Below, in pieces: positions 10,201-18,054 of a stretch of DNA of 64,000 bases. The notes under the pieces are model-generated. The model saw nothing but the letters and a program-made list of their open reading frames with translations, searched no databases and was not told the origin of the DNA. This DNA comes from Pusillimonas sp. (lineage in GTDB: Bacteria > Pseudomonadota > Gammaproteobacteria > Burkholderiales > Burkholderiaceae_B). The stretch spans positions 7,794 through 71,793 of the forward strand of contig JBATWU010000032.1 of the NCBI GenBank assembly GCA_049672825.1, read 5' to 3'. The position numbers and the translations under genes are program-made. The stretch's first letter is position 1. Each line of letters begins with the position of its first letter.

Positions 10201-10661
10201 TTGCGGTGGAGTCGGTCTCGGCCAACACGGTCAATGCCAAACAGGTCGTCATCGAGAATGGCCCATCCATCAAGCAGGATGGCATCGACATGAACGACCG
10301 GCGCATCACCAACCTGGCCGACGGTATCAACGACACGGATGCGGTGAACGTGGGCCAATTGAACCAGGCCACGGGGAACATCAACAATCAGATCAACCGT
10401 CTGGATGGGCGTGTGAATCGTGTCGAGAACCGTGCCAATGCGGGTATCGCGACGGCCCTGGCCGCCGCCGCGCTGCCACAGGCCTATATGCCTGGCAAGA
10501 GTATGTTCAGTCTGGGCGGCGGTACCTGGAACGGCGAGAGCGGCTATGCCATGGGCTTGTCCACGGTGTCGGACAACGGCAAGTGGCTGCTCAAGGGTTC
10601 CGCGGTCGGATCTTCCCGCGGCGATTATGGCGCGGCGGTCGGTGTCGGCTATCAATGGTAA
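4248..10661 (+). CDS. Trimeric autotransporter adhesin (YadA/Hia/Ata class), 2137 aa
   Basis: N-terminal ESPR extended signal region MNRIYKTVWNEQTRTFVAVSELTRARGK. Long Ala/Gly/Thr/Asn-rich head and stalk repeats. Neck-like motifs DAVNxxQL occur repeatedly. C-terminal YadA-type anchor NAGIATALAAAALPQAYMPGKSMFSLGGGTWNGESGYAMGLS...VGVGYQW. Confidence 0.95.
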   Translation: MNRIYKTVWNEQTRTFVAVSELTRARGKRSGASVSSTSSTGKRHGMLSLGAVVLAGAGLLGASASALADVTIGGEPPVAGNSIVFSNGAGTINMNGGTISGLTDSALVSGGTNAVTTGQLWDTNEELATVNTTVTNLGNTVTNLGTTVGDHTTLIGANATAIGNLQTASATAVSYDSAAKDVITLEGGAEGTRITNLTNGAINATSTDAVTGQQIHNLFIEEGAGGVRYFHASSAQADSEALGDQSIAIGPNTVAEGDNSFAAGDGASTTEPAEGAIALGQNAQAGDDDYGVGAIAIGRDSIASDTGSVALGDGAQASAGNATALGASANASGAGAIALGDATAGGPRSFAAGVDAYAGTQDSIALGTGTGVGSGTEVNDPGQRHSFIAIGKNAGRNMDGNQAIAIGVGAGSNTVESDQISIGTEAGTYLEGERNVSIGFEANHYTATEAVRHATAIGGTTIAATDAVAVGYGAHAITTESVAIGAGSRAEDGSIAIGHNSHATQVTGASYLTGQAFTGESVSVGNATTGLTRRITNVEDGADGYDAVNVNQLEELKTSLGSFDPQSGGNVNYNADGTISVDAGTAGNSAVNLAQMNNAIAEEKPKFYSVNPNGDNMNENGDGALGPNSANSMAIGHAAKIDEAERATAMGYSVLVKADDGTALGSGSTVNNTAGVAIGKGAYSRGDNSIAMGTNAQTERKDIDSTSTDAIAIGTSSRATDDSASALGHHATASGWRSSALGYMANASNTSAMAFGTNSAASGVDSQASGTRAGATRTNAQASGTDAKAYATDAIAIGTGATSGQASPALADQAGNIDTIAIGHGALAIRQNAFASGTGAEANAMDAMAMGTGARASEQSAVAIGQGAVSGNARSVALGNNAATDTAVGTTNAALNGITYGNFSGNNPIATVSVGTEQEKRTITNVAAGRISSTSTDAINGSQLYATNAVLGNVANTTVEILGGNAALAPDGNLSMGDIGGTGEDTVHDAIQYAAQGWNISADGGGVANVAPGGSVDFGNTDENIVVTRNGTDLSFDLADDLEIGNSITIGDTLINGDSVTTNNLTVEGNTQLGDHFAVNGGGVYYSGPITDGDHVTNKTYVDGAVGDLADTPLTFAGDSGTNVTRRLGQTVNLTGGASDAAALTDGNIGVQANGTDTLAIKLNKDIDLGANGSVKIGDALVNNDGLIVGDGTGPTTTVGAGTVTVWANPTTGAANEIVIDANTGTIGGLTNTTFDPDNFASGQAATEDQLKSVSDVANAGWNLSANGATSTQVNIGPNGDVIFNGDSNITVTQTGADDDGVINVALNENIDLGADGSVTTGDTVLDNTGLTVNDASAGTLTSIGSGAIALADNNGNITTIDPTSITVGGANTITISGATGTIGGLTNTTFDPDNFASGQAATEDQLKSISDVASAGWNLSANGATSTQVNIGPNGDVIFNGDSNITVTQTGADDDGVINVALNEDIDLGPTGSITIGNSLMDNSGLAVDDGAGNKTTTSATGTTVTDGVKTTQVTAEGTTMTDGSGNTATTTALGTTVEDSTGQTTQVGAGSITVANGTNTVVINSATGDITGLTNVDFSGTDFGTQGRAATEEQLQLARDETQALDDRAVKYDLNPDNTVNYNVVTMAGTISPATQDADGRISTTGGTQITNVASAGDYNDVANAYNAVNAGDLNNAVQDVTSTGMNFSANTGTDVHRDLGQTLAIRGGMADTTPTTATSGENVITRTTADGISIELARDATFDSLTTGATVMDTDGVRIGTTVALTNTGMRAGNIVISSATGDIIGLSNTTLTAADFATQGRAATEEQLKLVRGETQDLADRAVKYDGNVGDPKNKITLEGDVSTDGGRTGGTQITNVARGDISENSTDAVNGSQIHDMGNSIAAGMGGNSQFVDGKLVTELNVGGNAYNNVNDALNGVQTNIDEVAQVANAGWQIQANGDEASKVAPGKTVEFVDGDNIEITRETSADGNNQVKVSMSKDIAVESVSANTVNAKQVVIENGPSIKQDGIDMNDRRITNLADGINDTDAVNVGQLNQATGNINNQINRLDGRVNRVENRANAGIATALAAAALPQAYMPGKSMFSLGGGTWNGESGYAMGLSTVSDNGKWLLKGSAVGSSRGDYGAAVGVGYQW
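7920..8657 (+). repeat. Intragenic near-identical direct repeats with 468-nt (156-aa) period inside the adhesin gene
   Basis: 7920-8189 and 8388-8657 encode GTIGGLTNTTFDPDNFASGQAATEDQLKS(V/I)SDVA(N/S)AGWNLSANGATSTQVNIGPNGDVIFNGDSNITVTQTGADDDGVINVALNE(N/D)IDLG. DNA identity is roughly 90 percent or more by eye. More diverged copies of related modules lie near 8950-9090 and 9600-9740. Confidence 0.85.
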
Positions 10662-10704
10662 TGCACTAACTAATCAAGGCGCGGCCGCCGCTGGCGGCGC
10701 GCCT

Positions 10705-11514
10705 ATGTCAAGGATGGAAATCATGTTGGAAACTTTAAAGAATGGATCTCTCGTCACGGGGGGACTGCTGCTGGCCGTGGCCATGGCCCTGGCCGGTTGC
10801 GGCAATCTGAGCAGGGTGTCCGATGAAGGTTCGTCGAACGAGCCGGCGTGGCCGGAGGCCGAAGATGTGACATTTGCCACCGGCGCTTACCCGAACGTTG
10901 ATGATCTGAGGCTGGTGGGCTCCGGTATGACCAAGGACCAGTTGTACAACCTGCTGGGCCGGCCTCACTTCGGCGAAGGCCTGGTGGGGGTGCGCGAATG
11001 GGACTACCTGTTCCACTTCCGCACTCCGGAGGGCGACGTTACTTGCCAGTACAAAGTGCTGTTCGATAAGGACAAGCTGGCCCGCACTTTCTTGTGGAAG
11101 CCGCAAGCGTGCGCGGACAGGATCAACCCCAGCCAGGCCGCCGCACCCACGGCCTATTCGCTCAACAGTGACGTACTGTTCGCTTTCGGCAGCGCCACGC
11201 TGACGGCGGCGGGTCAGGCGGAAGTCGAGAAGGTTGCCGCCGAAATCCGCCAACGCGGCGAGGGTACGGTGACGGTCGTCGGACACACTGATCGCATAGG
11301 CAGCGATGCTGCCAACATGACGCTATCGCAGCGCCGCGCGCAGGCCGTGCGCCAAGTGTTGGTGGACAACGGCATCGATTCGGCGCGTGTCACTGCCCGT
11401 GGCGCGGGCGAGAGCCAGCCTGTTGTCGATTGTCCGGATGGCCCGCGCAGCGAACTTGTGGCCTGCCTGGCGCCCAACCGCAGGGTCGAGCTTTTGGCGG
11501 CCGGGCGTAGTTGA
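10705..11514 (+). CDS. OmpA-family peptidoglycan-binding lipoprotein with BamE/SmpA-OmlA-like N-domain (TpgA-like partner of trimeric autotransporters)
   Basis: Start chosen at ATG 10705, because the ORF-track start at 10420 overlaps the adhesin. Lipobox LALAGC. SmpA/OmlA-like block GMTKDQLYNLLGRPHF. OmpA_C motifs: SDVLFAFGSATLT, VVGHTDRIGSDAANMTLSQRRAQAV, NRRVEL. Confidence 0.85.
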   Translation: MSRMEIMLETLKNGSLVTGGLLLAVAMALAGCGNLSRVSDEGSSNEPAWPEAEDVTFATGAYPNVDDLRLVGSGMTKDQLYNLLGRPHFGEGLVGVREWDYLFHFRTPEGDVTCQYKVLFDKDKLARTFLWKPQACADRINPSQAAAPTAYSLNSDVLFAFGSATLTAAGQAEVEKVAAEIRQRGEGTVTVVGHTDRIGSDAANMTLSQRRAQAVRQVLVDNGIDSARVTARGAGESQPVVDCPDGPRSELVACLAPNRRVELLAAGRS

Positions 11515-11531
11515 GCCGCTTCCCGCCTGGC

Positions 11532-11560
11532 CCGGTGCCAGAAATGGCACCGGGCCGTTT
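11532..11560 (+). terminator. Hairpin downstream of the OmpA-like gene (possible intrinsic terminator)
   Basis: CCGGTGCCA-gaaa-TGGCACCGG forms a 9-bp stem, followed by gccgTTTcgg. The T-tract is weak. Confidence 0.45.
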
Positions 11561-11585
11561 CGGATAGTCTAGTTTGGAGTTCTAC

Positions 11586-12170
11586 ATGCAACGCAGGTAT
11601 TTGATTCCGTCGGTACTGCTGGCCGCCGCATTGCTGGCCGGATGCCAGCACACCGCGCCAAGTCAACAGATGGCCCAGGCGCAGTCGCGCGCATCCCAGC
11701 CCGCCATGGCGGAGCAAGCCCCGCGGCAAGCGGGCGCATCGCAACAGATTCCATCGCAAAGCGCCACGCCGCGGCAGGGCTCGACACAGCAGAACGCCAT
11801 ACAGCGAGCCAGCGTGGACTTCCGCCTGGCCCAGACTGATGCGGCTTCGGGCTTGACCGAGCTCAAGCTGCCCGACCGCTCGGTGTGGTTCTTGCCCCAG
11901 CCGGTCTTGACGCGCGCCGACCTGGCCAGTGTTGAGCCGCGTCGTACGCAGCAGGGCCAATCTTATGTGCGATTCGGGTTTTCGCAGGACGGGGCGCAAA
12001 AACTCGCCGCGGTTTCCCAGCGATATCCCGGCAAGCTGTTGTTGCTGACGCTGAACAATACGTTGATTGCTGTTCCGCAAATCCAGGCAGCCCTGTCCAA
12101 CGGCATTCTGGATGTAGGTTTCAGTTCGGATCAGCAGGCCATGGACGTCGTCCGGCAAATTGGCGATTGA
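11586..12170 (+). CDS. Hypothetical lipoprotein with Gln/Ala-rich linker
   Basis: ATG at 11586 is preceded by TGGAG. Signal peptide plus lipobox LLAGC. No family recognised with confidence. Confidence 0.6.
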   Translation: MQRRYLIPSVLLAAALLAGCQHTAPSQQMAQAQSRASQPAMAEQAPRQAGASQQIPSQSATPRQGSTQQNAIQRASVDFRLAQTDAASGLTELKLPDRSVWFLPQPVLTRADLASVEPRRTQQGQSYVRFGFSQDGAQKLAAVSQRYPGKLLLLTLNNTLIAVPQIQAALSNGILDVGFSSDQQAMDVVRQIGD

Positions 12171-12431
12171 GTGGAGGGGTTTCTTTCCGTTCCCGCGAGT
12201 CAGAAAAATTCATATTCTGACCTGCGCACGCTGTCGACCAGCGCACAGATCAGCCATCTGTTGGTCACCCGGCGCAAAGAGCTGGGTTTGACTCAGGCCG
12301 AGGTGGCCGCACGCTTGTGCATCAGCCAGAATCGCCTGTCCGAGCTTGAGAACCGCCCGACCTTGATGACCGTCGATCGCCTGCTGGCATTGGTGGGCAT
12401 CCTGGGTATAGAACTGGCGGCTTCTGTATAA
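12171..12431 (+). CDS. XRE-family helix-turn-helix transcriptional regulator (HipB-like small HTH)
   Basis: 86-aa ORF with GTG start. HTH_3 signature LGLTQAEVAARLCISQNRLSELENRP. Confidence 0.7.
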   Translation: MEGFLSVPASQKNSYSDLRTLSTSAQISHLLVTRRKELGLTQAEVAARLCISQNRLSELENRPTLMTVDRLLALVGILGIELAASV

Positions 12432-12458
12432 TCCCAGGCAGATTATTGGGGGGTGGCA

Positions 12459-13241
12459 ATGAGCGCTATACAGATCGGCAACGACGTCTTTGAATATGAT
12501 TTACAGGGCGGCGACGACGCCGAGGTGCTTTTGTTCTCCAACTCCCTGGGTACGTCGCTGGCGTTGTGGGACGAGCAGGCAAGCTATTTCAGCTCCCGGT
12601 ATCGCGTGCTGCGGTACGACACGCGCGGGCATGGGCTGTCGGCCAAGAGCCCGGGCCCCTATACGATCGAGCAGTTGGGCACCGACGTCATACGCCTTGC
12701 CGATGCCCTGGGCATCGAGAAATTTTCCTTTTGCGGCATATCCATGGGTGGCCTGATCGGTCAGTGGCTGGGCGTGCATGCGCCCGGGCGCATCAACAAA
12801 CTTGCGCTGTGCAATACGGCCGCGCTTCTGGGAACACGGCAGGCGTGGCTCGAACGCGCGGCCCTGGTGCGCGGGCAGGGCATGGAGCCGGTGGCCCAGG
12901 CTACGCCCGCCCGGTGGTTTACGCCGTCGTACCTGGAGAAGCACGGCGAGCAGGCACAGCGATACCTGAATATGCTGCGGCAAACCGACGTGGAAGGCTA
13001 CGCTTCATGCTGCGAGGCCATAGGCAATGCGGATATGCGCGAATGGTTGAGCCAGGTTCAGGCCCCCACGCTGATCCTCACGGGTACTCATGATCCCGTC
13101 ACGACGCCGGCCGATGCCGACGACATGGCGCGGCGGATCGCCCGCAACACGCGCATCGATGTCGACGCTTCCCATATTTCCAATGTCGAGGCGGCGGGGC
13201 AGTTCAACCAGGCCCTGGAAAGGCATCTGGCTCAGTCATGA
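12459..13241 (+). CDS. pcaD: 3-oxoadipate enol-lactonase-like alpha/beta hydrolase
   Basis: ATG at 12459 lies inside the ORF that starts at 12453. Nucleophile elbow GISMGG. The overall layout is typical of the PcaD family (LLFSNSLGTSLALWD..., YDTRGHG). Confidence 0.8.
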   Translation: MSAIQIGNDVFEYDLQGGDDAEVLLFSNSLGTSLALWDEQASYFSSRYRVLRYDTRGHGLSAKSPGPYTIEQLGTDVIRLADALGIEKFSFCGISMGGLIGQWLGVHAPGRINKLALCNTAALLGTRQAWLERAALVRGQGMEPVAQATPARWFTPSYLEKHGEQAQRYLNMLRQTDVEGYASCCEAIGNADMREWLSQVQAPTLILTGTHDPVTTPADADDMARRIARNTRIDVDASHISNVEAAGQFNQALERHLAQS

Positions 13242-13278
13242 TGGTGCGCCGACACGCTGTCGGCGCCCTGTGCAAAGT

Positions 13279-13716
13279 TCAGGCCTGGTCGGGCGCGGCA
13301 TCGGGCGCATAGCCGATCTTCTCGGCGACTTCGTTCAGTATTCTCTGCGCCAGGCCGAAGGCCGTGTTCGACGCCGGCACGCCGGCATAGATGGCATTCT
13401 GCAGCAACACCTCTTTGAGCTCGTCAGGTGTCAGGCGCGATGCGTCGGGGGCCAGCAAGCCCGCGCGCACATGCAGTTCGAACTCCTCCCAGCGGCCCAA
13501 GGACATGGTCACGCTCAGCACCATGATGCGGCGGGTCTGGCGGTTCAGTCCGGGCCGGTTCCAGATGTCATTCCATGCATAGCGGGTGATGAGTTCCTGG
13601 AACTCGGCGGTAAAGGGGGTCTTGCGTGCGATCGATCGGTCGACCCACTCGTCGCCCAGGACGGCGCGGCGAGTGGCCAGGCCTTTCTGATAGTCGGTGT
13701 TGTCGTATTCGCTCAT
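13279..13716 (-). CDS. pcaC: 4-carboxymuconolactone decarboxylase family protein
   Basis: 145-aa ORF with CMD-family blocks FQELITRYAWNDIWNRPGL and QNAIYAGVPASNTAF. Confidence 0.8.
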   Translation of the reverse strand: MSEYDNTDYQKGLATRRAVLGDEWVDRSIARKTPFTAEFQELITRYAWNDIWNRPGLNRQTRRIMVLSVTMSLGRWEEFELHVRAGLLAPDASRLTPDELKEVLLQNAIYAGVPASNTAFGLAQRILNEVAEKIGYAPDAAPDQA

Positions 13717-13737
13717 GGTGATTCGGCCTTTCTGATC

Positions 13738-14709
13738 TTAATCGAGCGAGATATTGTTCGCCTTTACCAGTTCGCGCCAGCGCGCGTCTTCGTCCGCGAG
13801 GAAGGCGGCAAACTCTTCCGGCGTGCTGCCGACCGGGCTCAGGCCCAGGTTCTTGAGTTTCTCGGTCACGTCGGGAAGCGCCAGCGTTTCCTTGACGATT
13901 TCATGCAGTTTCTGGACGATGGCGCCATCGGTTCCGCCGGGAACGAACAGGCCATTCCATTCATAGACGCTGAAGTCCTTGATGGCTGCTTCGGCTACCG
14001 TCGGTACGTTGGGCAGTTCGGGCATGCGTTCGGTCGAGGTAACCGCCAGGGCGCGCAGGCGGTCGCTGGTGACGTAGTTCAGGCTGGAGGCCGCATTGGC
14101 GAAATAGGCGTCGACATGGCCGGCGATGACGTCGACCATGGCGGGCGCGCCGCCTTTGTAGGGAACGTGCACCATCTCGATGCCGGTATCCTTGATCAGC
14201 AGTTCGGCCGCCATCTGTGCCAGGCTGCCCGGCCCGTAAGAGGCATAGGTGAGATCGCCGGGGGCCGCCTTGGCCGCCTTGATCAGGTCATCGAGGCTCT
14301 GGAAGGCGGAGCCCGGCGCGACAACAAGAATATTGGGTACGACAATGGCCTGTGATACCGGGATGAAATCTTTCTTGGCGTCGTAGGGCAGCTTGCGCAG
14401 TACAGGGTTCAGCGCGAACGACGACGCGTCGAACAGCACGGTATACCCATTGGGCCGCGCGCGAGCCACTTGGCCTGCGCCAATGGAGCCGCTGGCGCCC
14501 GCCTTGTTTTCGACCACTACGGTTTGGCCGCTGACGGCTTCCATGCCCTGGGCAATGATGCGTGCCGCATTGTCGGCGCCGCCGCCGGCCGAGAAGGGAA
14601 CGACCAGCGTAATGGGCTGGCTGGGGTAGTCTGCCGCTTGTGCCTGCAGGCCTGTGGCGGCAAGGGCGATCGAGGTGAGGCCCATCAGGGCGAGTTTCTT
14701 TATAACCAT
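13738..14709 (-). CDS. Bug-family (tripartite tricarboxylate transporter TctC-like) periplasmic substrate-binding protein
   Basis: Start at MVIKKLALMGL... (ATG 14709, GGAGG upstream). Signal peptide ends AQAADYP. Typical Bug blocks: PITLVVPFSAGGGADN, VENKAGASGSIG and PEEFAAFL. Confidence 0.9.
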   Translation of the reverse strand: MVIKKLALMGLTSIALAATGLQAQAADYPSQPITLVVPFSAGGGADNAARIIAQGMEAVSGQTVVVENKAGASGSIGAGQVARARPNGYTVLFDASSFALNPVLRKLPYDAKKDFIPVSQAIVVPNILVVAPGSAFQSLDDLIKAAKAAPGDLTYASYGPGSLAQMAAELLIKDTGIEMVHVPYKGGAPAMVDVIAGHVDAYFANAASSLNYVTSDRLRALAVTSTERMPELPNVPTVAEAAIKDFSVYEWNGLFVPGGTDGAIVQKLHEIVKETLALPDVTEKLKNLGLSPVGSTPEEFAAFLADEDARWRELVKANNISLD

Positions 14710-14759
14710 TGTTGCCTCCATAGCGTAGGGTAGGTCAGTCAAGTCTGTTGAAAATGGGC

Positions 14760-15662
14760 TTAGCTTGCGCTGAAGCCATAAAGCTGTGCCGGGTTCTGCA
14801 CCAGAATCCGCTGCCGCAAGGTTGGCGAACCGCACCAGCGCGACAGCAAGTCGAACAGTTCGGCGTCGTCGGGTTTGTCGGTGGGTTCGGTTACGTGGGG
14901 CCAGTCGCTCCCCCAGACCAATCGGTCGGGAGCCGTTTCGATCCACGCGCGGGCAATAGCGTCGGTATCGTGGTAGCCGCCACGCACGCCGTTACCCGTG
15001 TTCAGATAGGCTCCGCTCAGCTTGAGCCAGGCGCGGCCATCGGCCAGCAGGCTGCGCATGATATCAAAAGCTGGGTGAGCCGTGCCTTCGACCAGGGGCA
15101 GACGCCCCAGGTGATCGAAAACGATAGTGCAGGGCAGACGCTCCAGCAGGGCGCGTTGCTGCGCGATCTGGTCCGCCGTCCAGTGTAATTGGACATGCCA
15201 TCCCAAGGGGGAGATTCGCTGCGCGAGGCGTTCGACGGTAGCATAGTCGCCCGCTTTCTTGTTGGGCGTATGAAAGCTGAAACGTACTCCCCTTATTCCG
15301 CCCTCGTGCAGGCTCATGAGCTGCGTATCGCCGATGGTGGGCTCGACCACCGCGACACCTCGCGTCCGTTCGGGCCCCAGTCGGGCAATGGCCCGGAGCG
15401 TGACGGTGTTGTCGGTGCCGTAGCTGCGGGGTTGGACGACCACCGCCCGCGTCAGGCCAATCAAATTCTGCAACTGCCGATACTGCGGCGCATCGGCGTT
15501 TTCCGGGATAGGACCTTCCCCTGGAAAACCAGGGTCGTAGATATGGATATGCGCGTCGCACGACAGGAGAGGCGCTTGCTCATGCGGCGCCCGGCATGCG
15601 CCTGAATTCGGGATTTGAACCGAATGGCTCCGGTCGATGGCGTGGTCTGCCTCATGACTCAT
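14760..15662 (-). CDS. Amidohydrolase-2 family metal-dependent hydrolase (LigI/2-pyrone-4,6-dicarboxylate lactonase-like)
   Basis: 300-aa ORF with DAHIHIYD metal-binding motif and a WGSDWPH block. Overlaps the upstream CoA-transferase stop by 11 nt. Confidence 0.8.
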   Translation of the reverse strand: MSHEADHAIDRSHSVQIPNSGACRAPHEQAPLLSCDAHIHIYDPGFPGEGPIPENADAPQYRQLQNLIGLTRAVVVQPRSYGTDNTVTLRAIARLGPERTRGVAVVEPTIGDTQLMSLHEGGIRGVRFSFHTPNKKAGDYATVERLAQRISPLGWHVQLHWTADQIAQQRALLERLPCTIVFDHLGRLPLVEGTAHPAFDIMRSLLADGRAWLKLSGAYLNTGNGVRGGYHDTDAIARAWIETAPDRLVWGSDWPHVTEPTDKPDDAELFDLLSRWCGSPTLRQRILVQNPAQLYGFSAS

Positions 15663-16866
15663 GGCGCAACCTGTCGGCTTGAGCTGTTATGGCGGCGCCG
15701 TGCTGATTCAGCGCGGGTGCGGCGAAGGGCTCGGGGCCGGGGGTGCGGCCGAAGGTCATTGCCCGCTTGAAGCCGCGGTAGCGTCCCACATCGGGGTGCT
15801 CGTACTCGCAGATCATGTCTTCTTCCAACACTTGTGGAAAGTCGAACATATCTTCCAGCGAACGGGCCGCGGCGCAGGGAACGTCTTCCGCAAACAAGGC
15901 TTCCCATTCCAGGGCGCTGCGTGCCTGGAGCGCCTCGCGCAGCCTGGGCACGATTTCGTCGCGGTGCGCGGCGCGCTTGCGAACCGTGTCGTACCGGTCC
16001 GTGGACAGCAGTTCGCTCAGGCCGGTTTTCTGGCAAAGCGCGGTCCAGAAGTGAGGGGTGTTGGCGGAAATGTAGAGATAGCCTTCGCGCGTGGGGTGTA
16101 TGCCTGTGATGCCCCCTGAACGCATATCGCGTCCAACATTGCGTGGTTCATCGTCGGCCCATACCAGGCGGGCCGATTGCATGGCCAAGGCCGAGCGCAG
16201 CAGCGAGATACCAACATACTGGCCCTTGCCGCTGCGTTCACGCTCGAACAGCGCCGAGGACACGGCGCCCGAGACCAGTGCCGCGGCGTAATAATCGACA
16301 ACGGATCCATACAGGATCTCGGGCGGTCCGTCGGGCCTGCCCTGAAGCGTGCACATGCCGGTCAGTGTCTGCAGCACCTGGTCGTAGCCGGCCTTGTCTT
16401 TCAGTGGGCCGATATCGCCATAGCCGGTGACTGCGCAGTAGACCAGCCGCGGATTGATGGCCGACAGGCGGTCGTAGTCGATGCCCAGCCGGGCGGGTAC
16501 CGTAGGGCGGAAATTGTGTACCAGTACATCGGCCGTGCGCACCAGCGCTTCGAGGCGTTCCAGGTCCTGGGCCTGTTTCAAGTCAAGCACGACCCCCAGC
16601 TTGCTGCGGTTCACGCCCAGAAAGGCCCTGCTTTCATGTTCAAGCGTGGAAGGGTACTTGCGCAGATTGTCGCCCGCCGGAGGCTCGATCTTGATCACTT
16701 CAGCGCCTTGATCGGCCAGCAGCGAGCAACCATAAGGACCAGCGATATAGGCGCTCAGATCGAGCACGCGGATGCCGGACAGCGGCCCGGCGGCGCTGGG
16801 CGCTGCGCCGGAGGTGTCGTCTTTGCTTGCGAGGTCTGCGAGTTTATCGGCCGCTGGCATGGGCAT
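15652..16866 (-). CDS. Family III CoA-transferase (CaiB/BaiF)
   Basis: 404-aa ORF. Blocks GIRVLDLSAYIAGPYGCSLLADQGAEVIKIEPP and GYDQVLQTLTGM are typical of CaiB/BaiF. Confidence 0.9.
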   Translation of the reverse strand: MPMPAADKLADLASKDDTSGAAPSAAGPLSGIRVLDLSAYIAGPYGCSLLADQGAEVIKIEPPAGDNLRKYPSTLEHESRAFLGVNRSKLGVVLDLKQAQDLERLEALVRTADVLVHNFRPTVPARLGIDYDRLSAINPRLVYCAVTGYGDIGPLKDKAGYDQVLQTLTGMCTLQGRPDGPPEILYGSVVDYYAAALVSGAVSSALFERERSGKGQYVGISLLRSALAMQSARLVWADDEPRNVGRDMRSGGITGIHPTREGYLYISANTPHFWTALCQKTGLSELLSTDRYDTVRKRAAHRDEIVPRLREALQARSALEWEALFAEDVPCAAARSLEDMFDFPQVLEEDMICEYEHPDVGRYRGFKRAMTFGRTPGPEPFAAPALNQHGAAITAQADRLRHES

Positions 16867-17031
16867 GGGTGCTTGTAGTTGACTGGTACATCAGTCAGTT
16901 TACTTGGCAGAAAAGATAAAAAACAGTACTATTTTTAATGTTTAGAAGATAGTTTTATTATTTTCTATAGGTTTTTACCGCCGAGTCGCTCTCAAGATAA
17001 AAATGCGTGGGGGGCCTTCTCTAATTTCTTG

Positions 17032-17913
17032 ATGGTGGCCAATGTGGAGACAGACTACTTAAGAACCTTTTCGCTGGTGGCGGAAACGGGTTCAATGGCC
17101 GAAGCTTCTCGCAGGCTGGCCATTACGCCGGCCGCGGTCGCGCACCATATCCGCAAAATCGAGAAAGACCTGGGCATGGCCATTGTTACGCGGGCAGGCC
17201 GCACCGTCGTGCCCACGGCCACGGGCCATCAACTGCTAAAAAGATCGCGGCCATTGCTGGCGGAACTGGCGAATTTGCGTGTATCGCTGCAACGGCCGGC
17301 CATGCAGGGCGAATTGCGGCTGGGCGTCATCAACTCAGTGCTGCACACGCTTCTTCCCGATATCCTGAGCCAATACAACACCAAGCACCCCAAGGTCCGG
17401 GTACAGGTCCATGCGGGCATTTCCCATCAGTTGCTTCATCAGCTTCAGGAAGACGCGGTCGATATCGCGATTTGCCAGCATCCGCCGTTTGCCTTGCCCA
17501 AGACATACGGCTGGCTGCCGCTGCGCGAGGAAGCGCTGGTGGTGCTGGTGCATCAATCCCTGGCGGATCAACCGCCGCTGGACCTGCTGCGCACGCAGCG
17601 ATACCTTCGCTATGACCGCAGCCTGGGCGGCGGGAAAATGGCCGATGCTTACCTGCGGCATCATGAAATCATTCCCGATGAAAGTTTTGAGCTTGACTCT
17701 CTGCTGGCCATTGCCTTGATGGTGGACCGCCAGCTTGGCGTTTCGCTGGTACCGCATTTCAACTCCCTCTTGACGGCTTCGCTGAACATCGTTGCCATCC
17801 CCCTGAGCGATGCGCCCGGCGCCCGTGTCTTTGGCGTGCTCTGGAAACGTGCGACAGAGCAAGAATCGCTCGTGCGTCCATTTCTGGCCATGGCGCGCAG
17901 CCATCGTCATTAG
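17032..17913 (+). CDS. LysR-family transcriptional regulator, divergent from the CoA-transferase operon
   Basis: N-terminal HTH LRTFSLVAETGSMAEASRRLAITPAAVAHHIRKIEKDLG, followed by a LysR substrate-binding domain. ATG at 17032 follows the TTG listed at 17029. Confidence 0.9.
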   Translation: MVANVETDYLRTFSLVAETGSMAEASRRLAITPAAVAHHIRKIEKDLGMAIVTRAGRTVVPTATGHQLLKRSRPLLAELANLRVSLQRPAMQGELRLGVINSVLHTLLPDILSQYNTKHPKVRVQVHAGISHQLLHQLQEDAVDIAICQHPPFALPKTYGWLPLREEALVVLVHQSLADQPPLDLLRTQRYLRYDRSLGGGKMADAYLRHHEIIPDESFELDSLLAIALMVDRQLGVSLVPHFNSLLTASLNIVAIPLSDAPGARVFGVLWKRATEQESLVRPFLAMARSHRH

Positions 17914-18054
17914 CCGGCGGCTGTCCGGGCGGCATGTCCCGCAGGCGCCCTGCAATGGCGGAAGAGGTAACATAAAAGAAAAGGGAAGCCCGCATGAACC
18001 ACCGCCGCCGGCATGCCGGCCTTCATGCCCTGATAACATGTCTTGGGAGTCATC

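Noticed and set aside
7149-10655. 1168-aa ORF antisense to the adhesin gene, along with many other long antisense or out-of-frame ORFs. Examples: 13090-14355 plus, 19101-20249 plus, 33221-34348 minus, 40456-41694 minus, 46319-47380 minus, 46489-47511 plus.
   Set aside because: These are typical shadow ORFs of high-GC coding DNA. Their composition is Arg/Ala/Gly/His-rich and low in complexity, and they show no family motifs. Each is fully overlapped by a gene with strong family signatures on the other strand or frame.
10420-10704. N-terminal extension of the OmpA-like ORF overlapping the 3-prime end of the adhesin gene.
   Set aside because: The extension is Arg/Pro/Cys-rich and out of frame within the YadA anchor coding region. 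A Met followed by a signal peptide and lipobox begins at 10705.
12459-13716. pcaD-pcaC as evidence of a beta-ketoadipate pathway cluster.
   Set aside because: Only these two family members are present. They are convergent rather than co-transcribed, and no pcaB, pcaG, pcaH, pcaI, pcaJ or pcaF is nearby. They may be generic alpha/beta-hydrolase and CMD-family enzymes. The symbols are kept as tentative.
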